A stretch of DNA of 27,207 nt from a virus (Duplodnaviria; Caudoviricetes): IMG/VR virus record IMGVR_UViG_3300032931_000218, positions 1 to 27,207 of that record. One strand, 5' to 3'. The notes under the pieces are model-generated. The model saw only the letters and a list, made by a program, of their open reading frames with translations. It had not been told where the DNA came from and did no database searches. The position numbers and the translations under genes were made by a program. This document shows positions 15,881 through 23,377 of the stretch, piece after piece (the first letter of the stretch is position 1; the number at the start of each line of letters is the position of its first letter).

Positions 15881-16810
15881 TTAACGGATTTCCGGGAAAT
15901 CGCCCGACAGGTTCCATGTGAATATCGCTTTGCTCGGCCTCGTGTCAGACCTAAAGGCGTTCCATGCCTGTACCAGCAGTGCATTGCGGACTGCCTCATG
16001 TAGCCTGCCGCCGTTGGCATCCATGCGATCCTTGATGGCTGTGATGTAGGCCCGGCCATGCCTTTGGTTGTGCAGAAGCTGGTCAGCGAAGGCCAGAGCA
16101 TGCTTACGGTTCACTTGGCCGAAGATCATCAAGTATGCCGCCATAGACCCTGCGGGCAGATAATTGCGCCGGGGGCCAGCCGCTAACCTGTCCCGCCCAG
16201 CCCTCTCAATTGCGATGGCTGAAGCTACCGCCGAGTGGAATAGGGGCGTGTCGAGGTTCGCCTTGAAGTAGTTGAAGAGCTCATCGTTTGTGTAGGTCAC
16301 GCCACGGTTTAGCGGATCGTGAATGTGGATCATTAGCCAGCGGGTGGCCGAGGACGCTATGCCAGCATGAGGAACCCGCTGAATGGTGAAGGCGTCCACA
16401 TTGGAACGCTTCCTGCCAATGTCGATCATCGCGAAAGAGCCATCGCTGATGTTAAAGGCGGTGAAGGTGGTCAGCGGGATCTTGGCACGGACGCAGGCAA
16501 GAAGCCGGTGCTGCCCATCCAGAAGCCAACCAGACTTGCTGAAGACGATGGTTGAACCCGTGACAGGCCAGCGGCGACCTTTCATAGCGTAGACATATTC
16601 GTCCACTTTGCGCGCGTTAGGCTTGCGGTTGGCCCCATTGCGAACCTTGAGGATATGCTCGGCCAATTCAGGGGTGAACGTGTACACACGAGCCGAATCC
16701 GATGGCGCAGTTAGGATCAGAGAATCGAGGATTTCGATCTGCTCTTCGATGGATTGACCGGGGGCAAAATAGCGCCGGGCGTTCTCAGTCTTGAATGGTG
16801 CTGTCGTCAT
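15881..16810 (-). CDS. ParB/Srx-like (DGQHR) domain protein
   Basis: NRK...V..Y...M....W..TG..I.F...G.LLDGQHRLLAC...IDIGRKRS. Start re-called at MTTAPF with an AGGAG RBS. Confidence 0.75.
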   Translation of the reverse strand: MTTAPFKTENARRYFAPGQSIEEQIEILDSLILTAPSDSARVYTFTPELAEHILKVRNGANRKPNARKVDEYVYAMKGRRWPVTGSTIVFSKSGWLLDGQHRLLACVRAKIPLTTFTAFNISDGSFAMIDIGRKRSNVDAFTIQRVPHAGIASSATRWLMIHIHDPLNRGVTYTNDELFNYFKANLDTPLFHSAVASAIAIERAGRDRLAAGPRRNYLPAGSMAAYLMIFGQVNRKHALAFADQLLHNQRHGRAYITAIKDRMDANGGRLHEAVRNALLVQAWNAFRSDTRPSKAIFTWNLSGDFPEIR

Positions 16811-16930
16811 GGCTGCTCTCCTAACGGGGTTTCTGACCGGCCCCGCAACCGGCTTCTGCTGATTTATCAGCAACTTAGAGTACCACACCAAAACGCTCGT
16901 AAAAGCTTAGGTTTACACTTTCCCCAGAAA

Positions 16931-17024
16931 AAAGTTATCCACAGGCCTTATGTGACCATGCAGAGTTGACATGTTTCTGGAGAATCACTATTCTACATCT
17001 ATCGGCACTGGATGGTGCTTCGAT
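16931..17024 (+). promoter_or_regulatory. Promoter P1: DnaA box + CATGCAGAG-TTGACA-N17(GAATC)-TATTCT + 5' hairpin
   Basis: TTATCCACA 16935-16943; TTGACA 16966-16971; GAATC 16982-16986; TATTCT 16989-16994; hairpin GCAC-TGGATG-GTGC 17005-17018. Confidence 0.75.
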
Positions 17025-17045
17025 GTTAACCCGATGGAGATCGAC

Positions 17046-17363
17046 ATGACCAACGCTTTCGCCAACCAGATCAGCTACTCCGATGTCACCCCTTTCGAAG
17101 TTGTGCGCCACGTCAGCGGCAAGACCGTGGACATCCGCGAGATGGATGCCGTGCGGTCAAACCCTGACGCAGACATGGGCTTTGCTGCTGGGGGCTTTGT
17201 CGGCCACTTCGCAGATCAGGGCGCTCAGGAATGGACCATCACCTCGAACCCGGAGAACCGGATCGTCCGCATTCGCCTTGGTCGCAAGGGCTGGCGCGAC
17301 ACTTGGGGCAACCGCTACGACATGTGCGGCGCACCTCGCCGGTTTTACGATTACAACTTCTGA
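17046..17363 (+). CDS. Hypothetical early protein (105 aa, ends YDYNF)
   Basis: Start re-called at MTNAF with a GGAGA RBS. Bounded by P1 and a terminator. Confidence 0.75.
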   Translation: MTNAFANQISYSDVTPFEVVRHVSGKTVDIREMDAVRSNPDADMGFAAGGFVGHFADQGAQEWTITSNPENRIVRIRLGRKGWRDTWGNRYDMCGAPRRFYDYNF

Positions 17364-17389
17364 TCAGCCGGGATTTCGTGCTACTCTTG

Positions 17390-17409
17390 GGGGGCTTCGG
17401 CCCCCTTTT
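17390..17409 (+). terminator. Intrinsic terminator
   Basis: GGGGGC-TTCG-GCCCCC followed by TTTT. Confidence 0.8.
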
Positions 17410-17423
17410 CCTTTGGAGCTACC

Positions 17424-17618
17424 ATGCAGATCAATCGCGTTTCCCCGTCCATCCTTCAGGCGCTTGGCTCTAAGGCAAAACCAGTGGAGCGCCCTGCTGC
17501 TGTGCAGAGCGCCCCGCCTGTGATGCGTCAGCGGTATTCCGAAGATCCTGCGGTTGCCGCAGCTATTGCGGAAATGAACGCCTATGCGGGCCTAGGAAAG
17601 AACCGCCCGCGCACTTAA
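17424..17618 (+). CDS. Hypothetical protein (64 aa)
   Basis: GGAG RBS 5 nt before the ATG; fills the gap up to the convergent gene. Confidence 0.5.
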   Translation: MQINRVSPSILQALGSKAKPVERPAAVQSAPPVMRQRYSEDPAVAAAIAEMNAYAGLGKNRPRT

Positions 17619-17623
17619 GGGGG

Positions 17624-18166
17624 CTATACCCCCCCCCCGCATTCTGCTGTGGCTTCAACGATCAGCGCTTCATTAGCCTGACGTTTTTCTTCATACAAAT
17701 TTTCAAGCACTTGGCACAATTCATTGAAAAGAGGGTGCATTACACCTTTTTTGCACCCGTGCAAAATGGTTGTGTGATCCCTGTTGCCAGACACCCGGCC
17801 AATCTGCGGCAGGCTCATGTGCCAGCAAAATCTGCGGGCCAACGCCCATAGCAACTGGCGGCTGTAGCAGATATGATGATGACGGCGAGCGGCAAAAATT
17901 TCACGGCGATGATAGTCGGTGTGTTTGCAGACGAGAGCCGTAACCTCTTCAAAGCTAATGCGAATTTCGCCCTGTGTAGCTACAAATGTCGAGATTTTGA
18001 TCATCGGGTTTGGTAGCGGCGGCGCAACAGGTTCGGGTTCTGGCTCAGGTTCGACCCGAGGCGGCGGGCGAAAGACAATCGTTTTTGGGGCCGGGCCTCG
18101 CAAGCGCATGCGAACTGCATCGTAGTGGGCCATCAGGTCAGCGGCTGAATCAAACGCGAGCATCAT
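17624..18166 (-). CDS. DnaA C-terminal (domain IV) DNA-binding protein
   Basis: RR...RQ...SLPQIGRVSGNRDHTTILHG is the DnaA signature. Pro/Glu linker, no AAA+ domain. Start re-called at 18166 with an AGGAGG RBS. Confidence 0.85.
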   Translation of the reverse strand: MMLAFDSAADLMAHYDAVRMRLRGPAPKTIVFRPPPRVEPEPEPEPVAPPLPNPMIKISTFVATQGEIRISFEEVTALVCKHTDYHRREIFAARRHHHICYSRQLLWALARRFCWHMSLPQIGRVSGNRDHTTILHGCKKGVMHPLFNELCQVLENLYEEKRQANEALIVEATAECGGGV

Positions 18167-18324
18167 TTCCTCCTTTGGTCGATGTCTTGTGAACCCCAAT
18201 ACCGGGAATCGTTGAACGGGTCGTGATGGCTTGGAAGCATCCAAGCAATGAGGGCGGCTAAACCCATTAGCGCGATAGGGATTACGCCAAATGCGATAAA
18301 CGCGATTAGAAGCTCTGTGGGCAT
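18163..18324 (-). CDS. Small membrane protein (53 aa, not in ORF track)
   Basis: MPTELLIAFIAFGVIPIALMGLAALIAWMLP...DQRRK. GAGG RBS, ATGA overlap with the DnaA-like gene. Confidence 0.55.
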   Translation of the reverse strand: MPTELLIAFIAFGVIPIALMGLAALIAWMLPSHHDPFNDSRYWGSQDIDQRRK

Positions 18325-18327
18325 GTT

Positions 18328-18666
18328 TTAATCCTCTCGGTACTGTCGGGGCTGCGAAGCTGGTTTGGCCTGCCTGTGGGCTCCGTAGGCCGTTCTAGGG
18401 GCATCGTGAGCGGGGTGGTAGCTTAGATCGAACACGCGAGGGTCTTCCGAGGGGACCGTGACCGCCTTACCAATGCCTCCCCAGACGGATTTGAACACCT
18501 TGCTGGTCTGCCGCAGGCTCTGTGTGTCGAGATAATCAAGCCACATGGCTCGGGCCTTCATCTGCCGGTCGAGGTCTTCCGTAGGGTTTGACCAGATGAT
18601 GAACGTCGCATCAGGGGCCATCTTCATGTAGCTCTTGGCCTTGTCGTAGAATTTCCGGCTATCCAT
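18328..18666 (-). CDS. Hypothetical protein in the lambda-P position
   Basis: Start re-called at MDSRKFY with a GGAG RBS, overlapping the end of the initiator gene. Confidence 0.65.
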   Translation of the reverse strand: MDSRKFYDKAKSYMKMAPDATFIIWSNPTEDLDRQMKARAMWLDYLDTQSLRQTSKVFKSVWGGIGKAVTVPSEDPRVFDLSYHPAHDAPRTAYGAHRQAKPASQPRQYRED

Positions 18667-19381
18667 TGTTGCGCTCCATCTTTTCCTTGTTTTCCCAGAA
18701 ATCGTGGAACCGGCGCGCGGCCTCCCACTTCTCATCTTCGGTCATCTCGCGCTTCTGACCTTGGCCCTGCGCAAAGCCACCGGCTGGCTCGTCTGCCCAA
18801 CGGCCTTGGTTCAACCATGTGGCGGGATGGACGGTATACTGCTCATCCTGCCCGGCCCTTGTAGCGGCGTATCGGCGGATCGCTTCCAACAGTTCGATAT
18901 CGGAAATGGTCTTGCGAGCTTTCTCGTAGGCCTTACGGGCAGCTTCCTTCCCAATCCTGCGGGGGCAAGCCAACCAAAACTTCTCAAATCCGACGATAGA
19001 ATCTTTAGTGATAGGTTCTATGATAGGTTTGGTACCGACTGTCGGTATACCCCCTACCGGCTCTCGGTATACCCCCTCCTCTAAATCGGTACACCCTACC
19101 GGCTCTCGGTATACCCCTGTGAGATTGAGATAGTAGTAATTGGGCAGGCTCACCCCGTCCTGTGACCGCTTCTCGACACGCAAGAACCCGGCATCATCCA
19201 GCGACTTAATGGCAAGCTGAACGGTTGATTTGCTCATGGAAGTTTCTAAGGCAATCCGATTCAAAGACGGCCAGCACTTACCGATCTCGTCTGCGTAGTT
19301 CGCCATCATGATCAAGACGAACTTGTCGCGTGTGGGAAGTTTTTGGGCAGCAGCAGCCCACGCCATAGCTTGAAATGACAT
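18659..19381 (-). CDS. Phage replication initiator (N-terminal HTH_36-like, lambda O analogue)
   Basis: KFVLIMMANYAD..GKCWPSLNRIA.ETSMSKSTV..AIKSL...G and C-terminal FEKFW...PRRIGK..A...HPATWLNQGRW.D, with iterons in the linker. Confidence 0.85.
   Translation of the reverse strand: MSFQAMAWAAAAQKLPTRDKFVLIMMANYADEIGKCWPSLNRIALETSMSKSTVQLAIKSLDDAGFLRVEKRSQDGVSLPNYYYLNLTGVYREPVGCTDLEEGVYREPVGGIPTVGTKPIIEPITKDSIVGFEKFWLACPRRIGKEAARKAYEKARKTISDIELLEAIRRYAATRAGQDEQYTVHPATWLNQGRWADEPAGGFAQGQGQKREMTEDEKWEAARRFHDFWENKEKMERNNG
19009..19117. repeat. Iteron array / probable replication origin inside the initiator gene
   Basis: TCGGTA[T/C]AC at 19042, 19064, 19086 and 19106. A 24-bp perfect repeat at 19052 and 19094. 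Adjacent AT-richer TGATAGGTT twice (19009, 19021). Confidence 0.75.
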
Positions 19382-19478
19382 CTGTTGACTCCTCTATCTT
19401 GTGCGTTGCACGAGGAGCCAACCACATGATATAGATGTGGTCAGTCCAACGCGCGCCGGAATCGCGAAGTTGGTTTCA

Positions 19479-19518
19479 GAGGCCCGTTGGTGTCGCGACC
19501 AGCGGGCCTCAATCTTTT
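19479..19518 (+). terminator. Strong hairpin, probable terminator
   Basis: GAGGCCCGTTGG-TGTCGCGA-CCAGCGGGCCTC followed by AATCTTTT. The U-G pair favours the + strand. Confidence 0.6.
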
Positions 19519-19522
19519 GATC

Positions 19523-19729
19523 TTACACTTTTGCGACGGGCTCCCGCAAGCGCAAAGTCATCTCCAAGAGCCGCAAAGCAGACGGATGTATTTTGCTTGT
19601 TCCGCTCAACCAATTGTAGATCGTTCGCTCTGACACACCGCACATTTCGGCGGCTTCGACGTTTACAAGATTTAGCTTCCATAAAAGCCAAGTCAGACGA
19701 TGGGCTTCAGGCGTCAACGGTTTGGACAT
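19523..19729 (-). CDS. XRE-family HTH protein
   Basis: LVNVEAAEMCGVSERTIYNWLSG...I...ALRLL. Confidence 0.75.
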   Translation of the reverse strand: MSKPLTPEAHRLTWLLWKLNLVNVEAAEMCGVSERTIYNWLSGTSKIHPSALRLLEMTLRLREPVAKV

Positions 19730-20042
19730 TGTACATCCCATCAATTGCTTGGACCACATCAGCCTCAGACCAAACGAAAGAGGGGTCGCAGGGGCGGTTC
19801 TTGAGGGCGCAGAAGGCTGACCACAGTTCGGGGTTCACAGCGCTGCACAGATCAGAGCTGGGCATATCAGGGAACAGATCATCAGCAAACTGATTGATCA
19901 GGTCGAGGATCGCGGCCTTACGGGTTGGGCCATAGCCAATTCGATCAGTAGGCTCGCCGCCGTAGGTGCTATCGTCAATGGCTGACCAGTCCATGATGCG
20001 GGTTCCGATGGGTGGGAAGTCAAAGTTGGCGATGATTTTCAT
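19707..20042 (-). CDS. Hypothetical early protein
   Basis: Start re-called at MKIIANF with an AGGA RBS; contains FPPIG.R..DWSA.DD.TY.G...IGYGPT...AI.DL. Confidence 0.65.
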   Translation of the reverse strand: MKIIANFDFPPIGTRIMDWSAIDDSTYGGEPTDRIGYGPTRKAAILDLINQFADDLFPDMPSSDLCSAVNPELWSAFCALKNRPCDPSFVWSEADVVQAIDGMYNVQTVDA

Positions 20043-20100
20043 GTTCTGATTCCTAAGTTGGATGGGACAGGGGAGAGCTTTTGCCCCCCCCATTGGTGGA

Positions 20101-20331
20101 TTAGTCTTCCTCGTAAGAGGCTTCATCGAGGTTAGCTAACAGGCTGTCGAGATCGGTCAGAGCGTTCTCAAGGTAGCCAATACGATTAGTGAGAACTTCG
20201 CCCTTTTCGCTTTCCTGCCATTTGGCAGATCTGCGGTCGAGGGTGTCTTGATACGTTTCGTGGATGGCCTTGAGGTCTGATTGGATCTGCTCAAGCTTGG
20301 AGTAGATGGCGTTGATTTTTTTGACAGTCAT
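20101..20331 (-). CDS. Hypothetical helical early protein
   Basis: 76 aa, AAGGA RBS, contains RSAKWQESEKGE. Confidence 0.7.
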   Translation of the reverse strand: MTVKKINAIYSKLEQIQSDLKAIHETYQDTLDRRSAKWQESEKGEVLTNRIGYLENALTDLDSLLANLDEASYEED

Positions 20332-20378
20332 GGTTGGATTCCTTTGAATTAGAGGTGGGAGCCAATTGGTCCCGCTTG

Positions 20379-20657
20379 TTAGATTTTGACGTACTGGCTG
20401 GGGTCCACTTCGAAGGGCGCGTCCATCGAACCAACTAGCTTGCCCTGCACATAGACCGCCTCGACGTACTCGGCCTCATCAGGGGTCTGCATGGCGACGA
20501 TCTCGACCAGATCGCGAGCGGCAGTCTCAGAGTAGGGATCAGCGCCAAGAACATGATCAACAATGGACTCGCACATCTGATCGTACAGATCGACGCCAGT
20601 GGCGATGAAGGTAAGGCAGGGGAGAGTTTCGTTGAGGGCGAAGAAGTTGAAGGTCAT
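20379..20657 (-). CDS. Hypothetical acidic early protein
   Basis: Start re-called at MTFNFF with a GGAGA RBS, downstream of P3. Confidence 0.7.
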   Translation of the reverse strand: MTFNFFALNETLPCLTFIATGVDLYDQMCESIVDHVLGADPYSETAARDLVEIVAMQTPDEAEYVEAVYVQGKLVGSMDAPFEVDPSQYVKI

Positions 20658-20676
20658 TGTCGGTCTCCGGTGTTGC

Positions 20677-20738
20677 GGGGTAGTCCAACCCCATGTCCGT
20701 ACAATCTCATGATTCGGGGAGCATGTCAACTCTGCATG
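20677..20738 (-). promoter_or_regulatory. Promoter P3: CATGCAGAG-TTGACA-N17(GAATC)-GATTGT + 5' hairpin
   Basis: -35 at 20729-20724; GANTC 20711-20715; -10 at 20706-20701; hairpin GGGGT-TGGACT-ACCCC 20692-20677. Confidence 0.7.
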
Positions 20739-20751
20739 CCCCCCTATTTTA

Positions 20752-21036
20752 TCAGGCAAGCACGGGGGTCTTTACGGCCTTGACGCGAATGGTCTCGATC
20801 AGCGCGACCTTGGTGCAGTCAGCGATCTGCTGCTCGGTGAGCAGGGCCTTCACAGCTTTGGTATCGAGGGTGGAGCGCTCGGAGAGCGACAGGGTGACGA
20901 TGCTGCGGTTGCCAATGATCTCTTCGCGGCCAGCAACCTTGATCTCGGCCTTCACTTCATCGAGGAGGCGGGTCAGGCCTTCGATCTCGGCCTTGATGTC
21001 AGCGTAGCGGTCAGCGAGGGAAGCGATGTTCGACAT
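20752..21036 (-). CDS. Hypothetical early protein
   Basis: Start re-called at MSNIAS with an AGGAG RBS, downstream of P2. Confidence 0.7.
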   Translation of the reverse strand: MSNIASLADRYADIKAEIEGLTRLLDEVKAEIKVAGREEIIGNRSIVTLSLSERSTLDTKAVKALLTEQQIADCTKVALIETIRVKAVKTPVLA

Positions 21037-21054
21037 GGTGGGCTCCTGTGTTCC

Positions 21055-21156
21055 GGGGTAATCCAACCCCATGAACAGACATTACCCCCGAATCGCAGGA
21101 CATGTCAACTCTGCATGTTCCCGCGATCCGAATTATTTTAGCCTGTGGATAACTTT
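21055..21156 (-). promoter_or_regulatory. Promoter P2: DnaA box + CATGCAGAG-TTGACA-N18(GATTC)-TAATGT + 5' hairpin
   Basis: TTATCCACA 21152-21144; -35 at 21108-21103; GANTC 21090-21094; hairpin GGGGT-TGGATT-ACCCC 21070-21055. Confidence 0.75.
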
Positions 21157-21430
21157 ATTTGCCAGCGCTGCCGAGAGGGGTGTCTTCCCAGCGATGGATC
21201 GCGCGCATGTATACGTCCACCATGCTCTCGCGGGCCTCGCGCTTGCTAGGGTCTTCGCGACGGATCTTGATGATCTCCTTCAAAGCTGTCGCATCGTACC
21301 CCCGGCCTTTCGATTCCTTGTAGATGTCGCTGATGTCGCTTGCGATCTGCTTCTTCTCTTCCTCAAGACGCTCAATCCGCTCGATGATTGCGGCTACGTC
21401 CCGCGTTGCGTTGTCACCAATGTCATTCAT
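21155..21430 (-). CDS. GapR-like (DUF2312/UPF0335) nucleoid-associated protein
   Basis: IIERIERLEEEKK.IA.DI.DIY.E.KGRGYD..AL..II.IR..D...R.......Y..A. Confidence 0.9.
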   Translation of the reverse strand: MNDIGDNATRDVAAIIERIERLEEEKKQIASDISDIYKESKGRGYDATALKEIIKIRREDPSKREARESMVDVYMRAIHRWEDTPLGSAGK

Positions 21431-21782
21431 GCTTGTCCCCTATGTTTTCGAGAATGATCGTGCAAGGAGCGCCGTCCTCGACCCAGCGCGCCTCGATCCA
21501 CCGGCAATGCCGATCATTTGCAATCACCCCTGCACCCGCTAGGGCATCGAGGGTGGCCTTTAACAAATTGTCCAGATCTCGATGCCGCTTATCAGGCGGG
21601 ACCACCAGCATCGTGAGCTTGAATGGCCCGCTGATCCTTGCAGCCCTACATTGAGCAGCGATGGCCCAGCAGGCCGCTTCTTTCCACTTGGTGTATTCTG
21701 GCGACCTGTAAACGCCACCGCCCTTAGTGGCCCTCCAGAGCCTGTTCATGGACGGGGGAAAGGGTATCTCGATTTGGATCAT
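21423..21782 (-). CDS. rusA: RusA-like Holliday junction resolvase
   Basis: PFPPSMNRLWR...PPDKRHRDLDNLLKATLDAL..AGVIANDR. Start re-called at MIQIEI. Confidence 0.88.
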   Translation of the reverse strand: MIQIEIPFPPSMNRLWRATKGGGVYRSPEYTKWKEAACWAIAAQCRAARISGPFKLTMLVVPPDKRHRDLDNLLKATLDALAGAGVIANDRHCRWIEARWVEDGAPCTIILENIGDKHE

Positions 21783-21948
21783 TGAAGAGCCTTTGCGCTT
21801 CGCGAGAGATGCGCAGAAGGCGGTATGCCTCATGCTCGCGGATTCCAAGGTCACTAGCGATGTCAGCAGTGTCCCTGCCAGACATGAATAGCCGAAGGAC
21901 ACGCGATGGCGTCACAATGGCCCTAGGAGCGGCTTTAGATTTCGGCAT
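21724..21948 (-). CDS. Small HTH protein
   Basis: LFMSGRDTADIASDLGIREHEAYRLL. Overlaps the rusA start by about 60 bp. Confidence 0.6.
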   Translation of the reverse strand: MPKSKAAPRAIVTPSRVLRLFMSGRDTADIASDLGIREHEAYRLLRISREAQRLFNDPNRDTLSPVHEQALEGH

Positions 21949-22132
21949 AGACATCTGGCCTCAATACGGCAGGCGAAAGCCCAGTGGCCTTCGCAATGCG
22001 CCTCACATATTTCAACGGGATCTTGCGCCACTGGCATACAGCCTGCCGTGAGACGCCTAGCTCCTTGGCAAGGGCAGCAGCAGTTCCGTAAGACCGGTAC
22101 ACGTCGAGGATGATCGGATCATGTGTTTTCAT
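21935..22132 (-). CDS. Cro-like (YdaS-type) HTH regulator
   Basis: YGTAAALAKELGVSRQAVCQWRKIP...IAKATGL...LRPDVY. Confidence 0.85.
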   Translation of the reverse strand: MKTHDPIILDVYRSYGTAAALAKELGVSRQAVCQWRKIPLKYVRRIAKATGLSPAVLRPDVYAEI

Positions 22133-22232
22133 AAAATGAAAATATCATGCCTGTGCATACAGTCAATCGCCCGCTTGACCCATATCCCCAAATCACTGTA
22201 CCCCTAAATGATCATTGGATGATGAGGTGAGC
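22133..22232. promoter_or_regulatory. Divergent promoter region with back-to-back -35 hexamers
   Basis: AGTCAA (leftward TTGACT) at 22161-22166 and TTGACC at 22175-22180. The leftward -10-like TATTTT lies about 6 nt before the Cro ATG with no RBS, consistent with a leaderless transcript. Confidence 0.6.
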
Positions 22233-22721
22233 ATGAAATACGATATAGAAACGCTTAAGGTGCAAATCAGCCTTTTGATGGATCGGCATCCTGAGCTAGC
22301 CGATGACATCGACCTTCGAGCAGACATGTTGGAGGGGTCCACAGACCTTCACAAGATCATGGAACGCCTGCTTAACGAAGAGCGCGAAGCGGACGAACTG
22401 ATCGAGGCGGTCAAAGAACGGATTGAGAAGTTGTCTGTTCGGCGCACCATGTTCCGTTCGAGGCAGGCATCTATTCGCGATGTAATGATGGGAATCCTCC
22501 AACGGGCCGATCTCCGCAAGATAGCTCTACCGGAGGCAACCATTAGCATCACGCGCCGTGGCCCTGCCGTACAGCTTATTGATGAAGCTCTGGTCCCTGA
22601 CGTTTTTTGCCGTTTCAAACGAGAGGTGTCTAAGACGGCAATCAAAGAAGCTCTTAATGCGGGCGAAGAAGTACCGGGCGCGGTTCTCGACAATGGCAGC
22701 GAAACACTGAGGATTGGATAA
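22233..22721 (+). CDS. Siphovirus Gp157-like protein
   Basis: Coiled coil followed by V.LIDEALVPD.F......KTAIKEAL.AGEEVPGA.L....TLRI. GAGGTG RBS. Confidence 0.8.
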   Translation: MKYDIETLKVQISLLMDRHPELADDIDLRADMLEGSTDLHKIMERLLNEEREADELIEAVKERIEKLSVRRTMFRSRQASIRDVMMGILQRADLRKIALPEATISITRRGPAVQLIDEALVPDVFCRFKREVSKTAIKEALNAGEEVPGAVLDNGSETLRIG

Positions 22722-23377
22722 TGTTTTCAGCACAGATCAACAATGCTCTAGCCTCGCCGCTAGATCGCGCGTTCGTAAAAGAGCGTATTCAATCAGGACG
22801 GACTTTCTCTTACATCGAGGGCTGGCATGCAATCGCGGAGGCCAATCGAATTTTCGGTTTCGATGGATGGCATAGAGAGACGGTCGAGGTACGATGCGTC
22901 AATGAAAGACCGCGCAAGGTTGGTCGCGATGGCCGGGATGGGTGGGCTGTTAGTTATGTCGCTCGTGTGCGTCTTATTGTCGGGGATGTTATTCGGGATG
23001 GTATGGGTAGTGGTCACGGAATTGATGCAGACTGCGGCCTCGCTCACGAGTCAGCTATTAAGGAAGCTGAAACTGATGCGATGAAGCGCGCATTTATGAC
23101 CTTTGGGAACCCGTTTGGACTTGCCCTTTATGACAAAGAACAGAAGCAAGTCGTTGAAGCACAACCTGAACGGATTCAGCCAACTGACCTAAAAGCTATG
23201 ATTGACGAAATCCTTCGAATGAAAAACACCACAACGCTGCGAAAGTGGTGGAAAGAAACAGCGGAGTTTCGGAAAAGTGTCGGGCTGATTGACGGGACAG
23301 ATGAATATTCAGTCCTTTGGTCCACATTTACATCGCATGGGAAAGCCCTAGCTACAGGAGAAACAGTAAATGGCTAA
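22721..23377 (+). CDS. Rad52/Rad22-family single-strand annealing protein (Sak-like)
   Basis: SYIEGWHAIAEANRIFGFDGW...G.G.G...HESAIKEAETDAMKRAFMTFGNPFGLALYD. Confidence 0.92.
   Translation: MFSAQINNALASPLDRAFVKERIQSGRTFSYIEGWHAIAEANRIFGFDGWHRETVEVRCVNERPRKVGRDGRDGWAVSYVARVRLIVGDVIRDGMGSGHGIDADCGLAHESAIKEAETDAMKRAFMTFGNPFGLALYDKEQKQVVEAQPERIQPTDLKAMIDEILRMKNTTTLRKWWKETAEFRKSVGLIDGTDEYSVLWSTFTSHGKALATGETVNG

Noticed and set aside
17629-17638. Poly-C run as a phase-variation or frameshift site
   Set aside because: It lies in the last codons of the DnaA-IV gene, so any effect would be small; it also forms a GGGGG/CCCCC hairpin between convergent genes.
19042-19117. CRISPR-like array (also considered for the 30-bp repeats at 11473/11702)
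   Set aside because: Too few copies, in-frame within coding genes, wrong spacing, no cas genes.
16931-21156. Invertible segment bounded by inverted repeats
   Set aside because: The repeats are promoter elements with a third copy inside and different internal spacing; no site-specific recombinase in the window.
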